Part shown: positions 31,302-42,023 of the stretch, piece by piece
How positions within the stretch are numbered: the stretch's first letter is position 1
Layout: every line of letters starts with the position of its first letter
Assembly: GCA_963695345.1 (NCBI GenBank)
Contig: OY968769.1
Span: forward strand, 736,001 to 800,000
Direction of reading: 5' to 3'
DNA from: an uncultured Methanomassiliicoccales archaeon
Lineage (GTDB): Archaea; Thermoplasmatota; Thermoplasmata; Methanomassiliicoccales; UBA472
Length of the DNA stretch: 64,000 bases
The notes under the pieces: model-generated
The model's input: only the letters and a program-made list of their open reading frames with translations
Told to the model about the DNA's origin: nothing
Database searches by the model: none
Translations under genes and position numbers: made by a program

Positions 31302-34300
31302 TCAGGCCCTCCTCCGCCGGATCAGTATGATGGCGCCGACCATGGCGGCGCAGGTCCCGCCGACCACCAGGATCAGCAAGAGCCCGTTGCCCGGGTCCGG
31401 GTGCAGCGCCCCCGGCTCCACCGTCAGGCCTCCGCTCGTTACCGCATCGGCGGTCATCGTCACGCCCATGCTCTTTGCCAGGTATCCGACCTCCGTGAAC
31501 TCCAGGGCGTAGCTGCCGATGGCCACATCGTAGAACGTGAAGGCCCCCTTCGCGTCCGATGTCGTCTCCCGCACGGTGTCGATCGCGGTCGACGCGGCCA
31601 GGCCGATCTGCCCCAGGCCCGTCCGGGCGGCGGTCGGTCCGCCGATCAGCCTCACGACGGTGTTGGGCAGCGGTTTCCCGTCATGTCCGTACAGGATGCC
31701 CGATATCTTGCCCACCATGGCGGTCTGGAACATCCAGCTCTCCTCGACGGTGTTCCCGGCCAGGTCGAAGCCCCTGACAAAAACGGTGTAGGTGGTTATC
31801 CCCGTCAGTGCCTGCGACGGCGTGAAGATGAGGTTGTCCCCGGCCCATTGAAGATTTCCCTGGACGCCGGTGATGGAGACGGTCGACAGGGACCGGTCCA
31901 TCGCCTCATCGAAGGTGACCGTCACCGATATCAGGGTGGACTCGCCGGCGCCGGTCGGTGACCGGGTCATCAGGACCGGCGCCAAGGTATCGACGGTGAA
32001 CGGGACCGAGGCCGTCACGTAGTTCCCGGCCCGGTCCGTCGCCCGGATAAAGACCTGGGCCTCGCCGTCCCCGAACAGGAGGGAAGCGGAGCTACCGGTC
32101 TGCGCCGTCCAGTTCGTTCCGTCAACGCTCAGCTCCACCCGGTCCAGGCCGGACACCTGATCGATGACGCTCCAGGCGACGGTCACCGTCTGGGAACCGA
32201 GCATCGCCCAGGCGGCCGGCGAGGTTATGGTCACGGTAGGCTCGGTGACGTCGACCATTATGAGGACCGACCGGGTGAGCACGTTGTTCGCCGCATCGGT
32301 CACCCTGACGGACAGGGTGACGTTCCCGTCCGGGAGCCCGCCCATCAGTTGGCTCGTGCCGCTCACCGTTCTCCAGGCCTTCCCGTCCCGGGACACCTCG
32401 GTCTTGACGATGGTGGAGCTCAGGTCCGTCACCGTCCATTGCAGCAGCACGCCCCCGGTCCGGTCATAGGAGCCGGCCTCCGGCGAGGTGATCGCCAGGG
32501 CGAGGATGCTCGGATTCCTCAGCGGCTTGATCATGACCGTGGACGAGTTGGGCCCGTTCCCGATCGCGTTGTGCGCGGCCACCATGAACGTGTAGGTACG
32601 TTCATTGGTCAGGCCGGTGATGGTTGTGTTCAGGGTAGTGACCGTGCCCACCCGGACCCCATCCTGGTAGACCACGTAGTGATCGATCGCCAGGCCCCCG
32701 TCCGCCGGGGCGGTCCAGTTGAGGTTGACCAACCCATCGCCCGAGTTGGCGGTCAGGCCGATCGGTGCGTATGGCACCTGCTGCCTGGTCCAGCTGGCGG
32801 TCTGGTTCAACGGGCCGGTTATCTGTATGGCGCCGGTGACTGGATTCTCCATGCCGGTGTAGCTGCCGGTCCCGCTCCCGGTCCAGCCGTTGAAGATGTA
32901 GCGTTCGCCGGCCCCGGCGGCCGGAGCGGTGGCATTGAGCACGATGCTCGAACCTTCAACGACCCATAGTTCCCCCGCGATCGGATCGGTCGTCCCGTAG
33001 TTCGTGGTGATGTTGACCAGGTATTGATGGATCCAGCTGGCGGTCTCGGTGATCGGTCCGTTCATGGTGACATTGGCCGCAGGCGAGGCCCCCGCCCCGG
33101 TGTAGTTCCCCGACCCGGACCCGGTCCAGCCGACCCAGTGATAGCGTTCGTAGGCCGATGCCACCGAGGGGGCGGCCGCGTTTATCGCAACCTTGGAACC
33201 GGCGTTCTGCCAGGTACCGGTCCCGCCGGCCGCCGGCGTGGTGGTGCCAACGTCGGCCGCCATGGACAGGAGGTACTGGTGGTCGAAGTCTGCGATCACC
33301 GTGGCGGTAAGGGCGGTGACCGTGTAGCTATGGATACGGGCCCCTCCATCGCTCCAGGAACTGAAGGCGTATCGTTCCCCGGACGTCCCGACGGTTTGGA
33401 CCGCCTGGATGGAATGGACCGCCCCGATGGTCCATTTGAAGTTCGCCGGAGTGGTGATCGGGCTCCCGTCTACCAGCACGTACCCCGCCCCGGTCGGGCT
33501 GGAGGTTATGGTTATGCCCAACGCCAGCACGAAGTTCGCGGTGATGGTTCCCGGACCGCCGATGAACGCAGTGGTCAAAGCGGTCTGGGCGCCGAAGGTC
33601 AGGGAGGTGGACCCGCTGGTCCAGGTGGAGAACGCATAGTTCGTCGCCGGTGTGGCCTGGATCGTGATGACATCCCCGGCGTCGTACCAAATGTTTGTGC
33701 CAGCGGGAGCGGTGGTGCCCCCTCCTGCCGGCGTTACGGCGAAGGAGACCTGGTATTGCCTGGTCCAGTTGGCCGTCTCGGTGATCGGGCCGTTGACGGT
33801 AACGGCATTGGTGGCCAGCTTGGTGGTCCCGGAGTAGCTCCCGGTGCCAGTTCCGCTCCAGCTGTTCCAGACGAAACGATATCCCGTACCGGACGCCGGT
33901 GCGGCGGCGTCCAGCGTTACCGTTGACCCGACATTGTACCAGTAGGAGCCGACCGCCGGGGTCGTCGTGCCTCCGTCGGTCGCCATCGTGACCAGGTACT
34001 GGTGGGCGAAGGTGGCGGTGACGGTCGCCGTTGCGGTCACGGTGTAAGAATGGACCCTGCTCCCGGAATCGCTCCAGGACGTGAACGAGTACCTTTCTCC
34101 CGTCCCGACGGTCACCGTACTCAGTGCTTCGAGCGAATGGATGGAACCGGGAAGCCAGCTGAAGGCATGCGGCGTCGATGTCGCAACCCCGTCAACCAGG
34201 ACATATCCCGTCCCAGAAGGGCTGGAGGTGATCGTCACCGTCACCGGCTGAAGTGTGAACGCCGCCGTGATCGTTCCCGGACCGTTGATGTTGGCGGTCG

Positions 34301-37260
34301 TGGAAGCGGCCTGCGCGTTGAACGTTATCGAGGCCGTGTCGCTGTCCCAGGAAGTGAACGCATAGCCGTCATCCGGCACCGCCTGGATCGAGAGCGGAGC
34401 CGGCGTCCTCCCAGACCAGTCCGGACGGTGAGGTCGTGCCGCCGGCCGATGGAGAGGATACGAATGACACCAGGTACTGCGTGGTCCAGCTGGCGGTCTC
34501 GGTGATCGGGCCATTGACGGTAACGGCATTGGTGGCCGGCCGGTTGGTCCCGGTATAACTGCCGGTGCCCGATCCAGCCCAGCCATTCCATTCGTATCGT
34601 ATAGTGGTCCCAGCCGTCGGTGCCGTGGCATCCAGGGTCACCTGTGACCCCACGCTGTACCAATGAGTGCCGACCGCTGGCGTGGTTGTCCCGCCATTGG
34701 TTGCCAGGGTGACCAGGTACTGGTGGGCGTAACTGGCGGTGATGGTCGCAGTAGAGGAGGTTACCGTGTAAGAATGGACCCTGCCACCGCTGTCGCTCCA
34801 TGACGTGAATAGGTATCGCTCATTCCCACTGATGTCGACGCTCGCCGCCGCTTCGAGAGTATGAGACTCCCCAGGCAGCCAAGAGAATGTGTGGGGAGTG
34901 CTGAACGCATCATTGTCCACTAGGACATAACTCGGCCCGGTCGGACTGGAGGTTATGGTCACGCCGACCGGAAGCAGCGAAAAGGTCGCCGTGATCGTCC
35001 CAGGCCCTTCGATGGTGGCCTCTGTCGAGGCGGACTGAGCGTCGAAGGTTATCTTCGTTGGATTACTGGATGACCATGATTCAAATGCATATCCAGATAA
35101 GGGCGCCGCCTGGATCGATAGCGAGCCAGCGTTCTCCCATACATCCTCCCCCGCAGGGGTCACAGTACCTCCGCCAGGGGGAGACACGGCGAAGGAGACT
35201 TGGTATTGATGGACCCAGGTGGCCGTTTCCGTGATCGGGGCGTTCATGGTGACGGCGTTGGAGGCTGGATTGCTAGTTCCATCGTAGCTTCCTGTACCCG
35301 TTCCCGACCAGGAAGTGAACTGATATCGTTCTCCGGCAATGTTCGGTCGGATGAGTGGCAGTGATCGTCACCTGGGATCCGGCATTGTACCATGATCCGG
35401 TCTCGGGACTGGTCGTTCCGGCATTTGAGACCATTGATCAGTCGGTACTGGTGATTCCAGCTTGCATATTCGGTGATAGGGCCGTTCATGGTGACGGCGT
35501 TGGAGGCTGGATTGTCCGTGCCATCATAGCTTCCAGTACCCGTTCCGGACCATGAAACGAACAGGTATTGTTCCCCGGTAACAGTGGTCGGATGATTGGC
35601 GGTGATAGTAACCTGGGAACCGGCGTTGTACCATGTACCGGTCGAGGGTTCGACTGTGCCATCACTGGAATCGATCGTCAGCTGGTATTGGTGGGTCCAA
35701 GTGGCTGTCTCTGTGATCGGACCGTTCATGGTGACGGCGTTGGAGGCTGGATTGTCCGTCCCATCATAGCTTCCAGTGCCTGTTCCGGACCATGAGACGA
35801 ACTGATATCGTTCCCCAGCAACAGTGGTCGGATGATTGGCGGTGATTGTTACATGATCTCCCGCATCGTACCAGGATCCGGTCACCGGACTGGTCGTTCC
35901 GGCAGCGTTTATCATGGTCAGCTGATACTGCAAGTTCCAATCGGCGGTTTCGGTGATCGGCCCGTTGACCGTCACGGCGTTGGTGGCCGGATTGTCCATC
36001 CCATCGTAGTTACCGCTCCCGCTTCCGGCCCAACCGTTCCAGGTGTAACGAGCACCTTCGTCTGCTGCCGGCTCTGTAACCTCCAGAGTAAGATGCGTCC
36101 CGGCGTTGTACCAATGAGTGCCTACCGTCGGCGTGGTGGTCCCTCCATTGGTCGCCATCGTGACCGAGTACTGGTGTGCGAAGCTCGCGGTGACGGAAGC
36201 CGCCGCACCTACGGTATAGGAATGGATTTGATTCCCAGAATCAGTCCAAGATGTGAAAGAGTACCTTTCTCCCGTCCCGGCAGTCACCGGGGACAGCGCC
36301 TCGAGTGAATGGCTTGACCCGGGGACCCAATTGAAGGTGTGCGGCGTTTCGGTTTCAGCTCCGTCCACTATGACATAACCTTCCCCGATCGGGCTAGAAG
36401 TTATTATAATCTGGACAAGATTTTGAACGAAGTTCGCGGTGATGGTTCCAGGCCCTCCAATCTGAGCCGTTGTTGCAGCAGTGGTCGATGAACCGAAGGT
36501 TATATCGCCATTGTTGCTGGACCATGATGCAAAGGTGTATCCAGCCGATGGAGTTGCCTGAATCGAGAGAGAGCCCTCGTCCTTCCAATCGTCCGTTCCA
36601 GATGGGGTGGTTGTCCCTCCGCCCGCCGGTGAAACGGCAAACGAGACCAGGTACTGATGGGTCCAGGTCGCTGTCTCGATGATGGGACCGTTCATCGTCA
36701 CTGTGGTCGGGTTGAGCGCTCCATCATAGCTGCCTGATCCCTGGCCGTCCCAGATTAGAGATACGAATTTATCGTTGGCTGACGCCGATGGGGCCATGCC
36801 GGTGATGGTAATCTCGGTACCTTCATTGTGCCAAGAATTGCCAACACCAGGGCTTGTGGTTCCAACGTTGGCAGCCATAGTGAGCTGGTATTGGTGATCA
36901 AATACCGCGGTGAACGCGGCGGTCAGGTCCGTGACAGTATAGGCATAGGTTAGGGTATCAGTCAGGTAAGTGTCATCTTCCCAGTGATTGAACGAATACT
37001 GTTCCCCCGTTACGCCGGGAACGGACAGATATTGCGACAAGGGTATGTTCGGTCCCTTGCTCCCAGTTGTGAATGGTCGTTGGCGTTTCGATCGCCTCTC
37101 CGTCCACCATGACGTATCCGGGCCCGGCGGGGTTGGATGTGATGGTGATCTCAACGGTGTCGGCGACGGCAGATCCTGTAGCCAATATGATCACTGCGCC
37201 CAACATCAGTCCTAGTGCGACCAGCAGGATGATGCCCCCAATCTTTGACTTTCCTAACAT
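31302..37260 (-). CDS. Large surface adhesin-like protein (~1,980 aa): signal peptide, many ~80-aa InlB-B-like/bacterial repeat domains, FN3, Ig-like, SbsA/Big_5-like, carboxypeptidase-regulatory-like domain, C-terminal TM and RRRRA
   Basis: ORFs 36973..37260, 35244..37154, 34369..35247 and 31302..34631 join through +1 insertions at ~37030, ~35438, ~35346 and ~34397. Repeats such as F..W.G.G.GSY.G...VTmNGPITETA.W.HQY recur. Confidence 0.8.
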
Positions 37261-37616
37261 ATGGAATCCCCGCCCCCTTTGTGAAATGGTGCCGGTGGAG
37301 CTATTAACTCATCACGAAGCAGCTGAATATCATTCTTGATAATAAGAAGAACGCTGAGCAACTTGAATTATTTCATTGGTGTGACCTTTCGGGGAATGAA
37401 ATGCCGGACCAGGCCTTATTGTCGATTCTGATAATGAGATGAGGTCGGCTCTCATATCTTACTGGCAGGAAATGTTTTCGCCTTTACCGAGTCCCTGATG
37501 CTCTGACCTGGCGGACGATTGATGGAATAGCGGTCGCTAGAGAACAGAAAATGATTAGAAAAAAGCCCGAAAAAATCCCAAAGGGGTTTTTGCTGCCCTC
37601 ATTCAGCAAAACTAAC

Positions 37617-37889
37617 TTATTCGCTACTGCCAAACAAGGACACGCGGGATGAAACGCCGTCAAATAACGCCGAGTCGCAGAACGTCAGATCGCAGGATCC
37701 GGTCGTGAGCGCAAGGCAGGCTGAATCGGTTTGGTTGACTCCTTGTGTGCCCGTTTGAGTGGCGGTCTGATCGTGCGTAACGGCGTCAGATCCGCCTGAT
37801 GATAGCTGTACTCCTACTGCCAGGGTCGAAAACCCCAGCATGGCCAGCACCAACACTGCGGCTATCTTCAATCCCCCAGATTGATCCAT
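37617..37889 (-). CDS. Small secreted/membrane-anchored hypothetical protein, 90 aa, 3 Cys
   Basis: N-terminal hydrophobic segment, Thr/Gln-rich linker and C-x7-C-x4-C. TATAAA lies ~30 nt upstream and a hairpin/U-tract lies downstream (~37571-37591). Confidence 0.55.
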   Translation of the reverse strand: MDQSGGLKIAAVLVLAMLGFSTLAVGVQLSSGGSDAVTHDQTATQTGTQGVNQTDSACLALTTGSCDLTFCDSALFDGVSSRVSLFGSSE

Positions 37890-38300
37890 AGTTATGACCT
37901 TTCCCTCCCCCAATTTATATCGTTTTCATGGTTATGTAAATGGTTTTTCGCCCGTGGCACGGTGAGATGAGTGTTCACGGCTCATCAGAGGCAGCCTCTT
38001 CTCGGACCGACTTTTAGACGTCGATCCGAACCACAGACCGGCCTACCTCTACCAACCCTAAAGGTCGGTTCCCCTGATTCCCGACTAAGCTTCCATGTTA
38101 TCAAATTTGATATTTAGAATTTAGTTGATGAAATAGCGGATAAAATGCAAAATATCCGACGAAAACTCAATTTTGTTTGTTACCTGATTTGATAAGCAAT
38201 AGTTTCGACTCGAAAGCGCTGAGCATCGGATTGGTTGTTCAGGACCTGCCCCTGTCGAATGTAGGTCCGTGTCCGGGAGCCCATGACCATCGGTCGACGC

Positions 38301-39404
38301 CTAGATAACGACAACGAACCTAGCCCCCTTGGAACGGTCACCGGGAACCCGGTCCTCGACCCAGACCCTCCCTCCCTGTTCCTCGACCAGGCGTTTGACC
38401 AGATAGAGCCCGAGGCCGTGCCCGGTCACCTTGGTCCCCCCGCGGGTGGAGCGGTCGAACACCTTCTCCTTCATGTCGTCCGGTATCCCGGGGCCGTTGT
38501 CCTCGATGCTGACCCGGCAATGCTCATGTCCCTCCTGGGAGGGATTGACCAGGTTCATGCCGATCTCCAGCGGTCCGGTGGAGTGCTTGATGGCGTTGCT
38601 GACGATGTTGCCGAAGGCGTCCTTCAGCAGGCTGGAGACCGGCCGCGGGCAGCCCCCCCGGCCGTCCAGCTTGATGACCACGTCCCTTCCCGGTGGGTGC
38701 TCGTACTCTTCCTTGATCTGCTCCAGCATGGCGCAGATATCCACCATCTCGGCCTTGAAACGGTCCTTCTCGAGCCTCTGTATGTTGCGCACGTTGGCGA
38801 TCAGCTCGCTGCTGTTCCGGAGCTCCTGCATCGGTATCAGGAGCAGCCTCTTGTCCTTGTCCTCCAGCTGCAGCCGCATCTCCGCCAGCTGCAGATACCC
38901 CAGGGCGGCGGTGATGTAATTGTTTATGTCATGGGTGAGCAGGTCCAGATAGAGCTCGGCCCGGCCCTTCTCCTCCCTCAGCTCCTTCTCGATGCGCTTC
39001 CTCTCGATGGCGAAGACAATGGCATGGCTCAGGTTGCTGGAGGTGAGGTCGTTCTTGAAAAGGTAGTCCTGCGCCCCCTCGTTGATGGCCCGCGCCGCCT
39101 CGTGCTCGTCGGTGGAACCGGTGAGCACGACGATGGGGACCTGCGGGAACCGGCCGTGGATATTCGTAAACGTTTCGAACCCGTGGCTGTCCGGCAGGTT
39201 CAGGTCGAGCAGGATCACGTCATAGGCTTCGTTCTCGAGCATCCTCAGGGCGTTCGATACCAGGTCGGCGTTGGATATCGTGTAACGTCCCAATATCGCC
39301 TTGTACAGGTATTCCCTGATCAGCCCCAGGTCGCCGGGGTTGTCCTCGACCGCAAGCACCCTGACAGAATCCGCTTTTTCGTCGGCGTACTTCATTGTGG
39401 ACAT
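38301..39404 (-). CDS. REC-HisKA-HATPase hybrid histidine kinase, 367 aa
   Basis: VLAVEDNPGD...LLDLNLPDS...GAQDYLFK, H-box LLTHDINNY, NIVSNAIKH, IEDNGPG and GHGLGL. Confidence 0.95.
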   Translation of the reverse strand: MSTMKYADEKADSVRVLAVEDNPGDLGLIREYLYKAILGRYTISNADLVSNALRMLENEAYDVILLDLNLPDSHGFETFTNIHGRFPQVPIVVLTGSTDEHEAARAINEGAQDYLFKNDLTSSNLSHAIVFAIERKRIEKELREEKGRAELYLDLLTHDINNYITAALGYLQLAEMRLQLEDKDKRLLLIPMQELRNSSELIANVRNIQRLEKDRFKAEMVDICAMLEQIKEEYEHPPGRDVVIKLDGRGGCPRPVSSLLKDAFGNIVSNAIKHSTGPLEIGMNLVNPSQEGHEHCRVSIEDNGPGIPDDMKEKVFDRSTRGGTKVTGHGLGLYLVKRLVEEQGGRVWVEDRVPGDRSKGARFVVVI

Positions 39405-39531
39405 CGATCATCCCTCTAGCTGTGGCGTCGTTTTGATAATCCTTCTCCGTGGAAAAAGCGATGTTTCCAGCCCGAGACATGCTGAAGGTTGGCCTAGGCG
39501 GCGCCTAGGCTAGGCCAGACGTCTCTGACGG

Positions 39532-40565
39532 TCATTTCAGCAGAGAGTTGACCACCCGGACCGCCTCGTCCGCGTCCTTGGCGAAGCCGTCGGCGCCGAT
39601 GGCGCTCCACAGCCCCTCGACGTTGTTGAACGCGTAACCGCCCACCACCACCTTGATGCCTTCCAGGGTGGATTCGGCGCGTATGTGCCGGATGAGCACC
39701 CTGACGCGCTTGATGTTGTAGCCCATGGTGACCGATACCAGGAGCGCCTTGGCCTTCCGCTCCTTCAGCATGGAAATCACGTCCGCGTGCGGGGTGTTCG
39801 CGCCCAGATAGCTGACGTCCCATCCGTCCATCTCCAGGAAGTCCGCCACCATGCGCGAGCCGAGGCCGTGCATCTCGTTGCCCACGCAGGTGACCACCAG
39901 GTTTCCCTTGCGGCAGACCTGGCAGGTCATCGCCAGGCTTACCTGGGACAGCACGTGATGGGCGAACTCGGTGGCGTAGTGTTCCTGGGCCACGCTTATC
40001 TGGCCCAGCTGCCAGCGCCGGCCCACCTCGTACTGCGCCGGCTGGATGATGTTGATGTAGATGTCCTTGGGCTGGATCCCCTGGGCGACGGCGTTCCGGA
40101 TGGTCTCCTGGGCTCCGGCCCTTTCTCCCGCCAGCACCTGCTCCACGTAGGTCTTGGCGATGGTGCCCATCTCGACGCTGTCGTTTATGAACGGGGCTTC
40201 CGACTCCGGCATGGTCGGATATTGTTCGATGGTGAGCCCCAGGATGCTGTCCACCTGCTCGGCGAATGAACCCTTGAGCTCGCCGCGGCATTGCCTCCGG
40301 ATGATCTCCAGCTTTTCCTGGACCACTCCGGAGGGGACACCGGCGTGGATCAGCACGATCTTGGACCAGGCGATGTAGTTGACGAACATCGGCGGGCAGT
40401 TGATGTTGGCCGCATCGAACAGGAACGCGATCTGTTTCCGGGTATCCTCCAACCAGGGATCGTTCGGCTCCCCCGGTAATGGGCAAAGATGTCCGGCCGC
40501 AGCTTCTTGTGGTCCGCCATGACATTCAGGGCCAACCGTTCGATCGATCCATATGGGTCATCCAT
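39532..40565 (-). CDS. Cobalamin-binding protein with CarH-type cap and B12-binding domains and an N-terminal helical domain (~344 aa)
   Basis: YEVGRRWQLGQISVAQEH (W-x9-EH), CVGNEMHGLG (E-x-H), YLGANTP and VVVGGYAF. The N-terminus (ORF 40350..40565) joins if one G is added to the G5 run at 40470-40474. Confidence 0.85.
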
Positions 40566-40650
40566 CTATGCCACCTGACCTGTCGGATGACCGCTCCGCC
40601 TTAAGAATGTTCTGAAGTCATTGTCCGTAAGCCATGTTGACGTCATCTGG

Positions 40651-41325
40651 TCAGCCCTCCCTCATGATCGGTTGCCCTTCCCCTGCCGCTGCGCCCCGCT
40701 CCGCCGCCATCCGGGCGGCCAGTTCCTTGACCTGCTTGATCGCGTCCGTCATGACGACCAAGGTCCCGTCCCGGGTCTCATAGGAAAGCGACAGCTCGTC
40801 GGCGAACAGCTTGGCCTTCTTCTCGAAGCACTCCCGCTCGCCGATGGTGTGGATGTACACGGACCGGGAGTATCCGTCGAACATCTTGGAGTACATCCTC
40901 TTGAAATCGTCCGAATCCATCTCCATTCCCATCTTGCTCTCCCAGTCGTTCTCCTGCCATTCCATGTCCATGTCCGAGAAGTACGGCGTCGAGTAGTAGG
41001 TCAGGGGTACCTTCTCCCGCTCCCGGTCGTACACCTCCTGGGTGAGGTAGACGGCGATGCAGTCGTCCGCCTTGAAGGTGACCGTGGGCACCCTGAGCTC
41101 GTCCACGATGTTGTTCAGCGACCCGCAGACGCCATAGCCCAGCAGCACCGCGTCCATCGTGCCCTCCAGTCCGTTCACCTTCTCCACGATGACGTCCCGC
41201 AGCCGGTTCGGATCGTTGTGCAGGTTGAACTCCAGATAGTCGCGCATGACGAAGTCGGTATCACCTTCGGTAAGCGCTTCCAGCTCACGCTTGAAGTGAT
41301 CACATGCAACTATAGCGATTCTCAT
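40651..41325 (-). CDS. DUF1638 domain protein
   Basis: IVACDHFKRE...LEFNLHNDP..LR...VLLGYGVCG...KADDCIAVYL...MFDGYSRSVYIHT. Confidence 0.85.
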   Translation of the reverse strand: MRIAIVACDHFKRELEALTEGDTDFVMRDYLEFNLHNDPNRLRDVIVEKVNGLEGTMDAVLLGYGVCGSLNNIVDELRVPTVTFKADDCIAVYLTQEVYDREREKVPLTYYSTPYFSDMDMEWQENDWESKMGMEMDSDDFKRMYSKMFDGYSRSVYIHTIGERECFEKKAKLFADELSLSYETRDGTLVVMTDAIKQVKELAARMAAERGAAAGEGQPIMREG

Positions 41326-41485
41326 CTCGGGAATACCTCACAGTTCATCCTGATATGATTGGACTGGCGTCGTTCGGGCGTGATGGAACTGTCCCTGGTC
41401 CGTATTTATTCATTGCGATTTTCCCAGCCGCCAGAAACGTAGGTTCCCCTGAACGGCTCGGCTCACGTCAACGAGGCGGCGAGGA

Positions 41486-41953
41486 CTACTTGCCGCTAAT
41501 CGCCGCCACCAGGCCCAAGGCCCACTCCTTTACCTTCCCCGGTTCCCCGTCCCGGAACTGGTATTTGTCCTTGCCACCGTGGACGTAGGCGAGCAAGGGG
41601 GCGGTGACGATCTTGAACCCCAGCTCCTCCAGCTGCTTCTGCATCGCATTGTTGGCGTTGCCGCTCATGAACGATTTCATCTGGGTGTCGAAGGAGGCGG
41701 CGAACTTTCCCGACAATTGCTTTCCCTTGAGCCCGTCCAGGAAGCTCACTGTCCCCTTGGTCGGCCTCCACCCCATCGTCGGGGAACCGATGATAAGGCA
41801 GTCATAGTCCTCGATCCTGACCCCTCCGGCGTGGCCCACATGAAGGGCCTCGGCCTCGATCCCCTTTTCCTTCAGCGAATCCTGGATGATCACCGCCACC
41901 TTTTCCGTCATCCTTGTCTTCGATACTGAATCATACACGATCACGACCTTCAT
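41486..41953 (-). CDS. Flavodoxin-like protein
   Basis: VIVYDSVSKTRMTEKVA, LIIGSPTMGW, FAASFDT and GEPGKVKEWA. Confidence 0.85.
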   Translation of the reverse strand: MKVVIVYDSVSKTRMTEKVAVIIQDSLKEKGIEAEALHVGHAGGVRIEDYDCLIIGSPTMGWRPTKGTVSFLDGLKGKQLSGKFAASFDTQMKSFMSGNANNAMQKQLEELGFKIVTAPLLAYVHGGKDKYQFRDGEPGKVKEWALGLVAAISGK

Positions 41954-42023
41954 TTCCATACGCCTCGGGAAAATAGAGCGGTATGGGATATTTAACAGTG
42001 AGGGGGTGATAATATTCAAGGGA

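Noticed and set aside
37990-38095. Resemblance of the minus strand to a c-di-AMP (ydaO) riboswitch (GCTTAGTC...GGGGAACC...AGGTAGG)
   Set aside because: The conserved 3' element (CCGUCAGCUAACCUCG) and the closing pairing with the 5' end are absent.
39492-39510. GCCTAGGC-ggc-GCCTAGGC palindrome between the B12 gene and the kinase
   Set aside because: It is a single short GC-rich element with no U-tract or second copy, so no function can be assigned.
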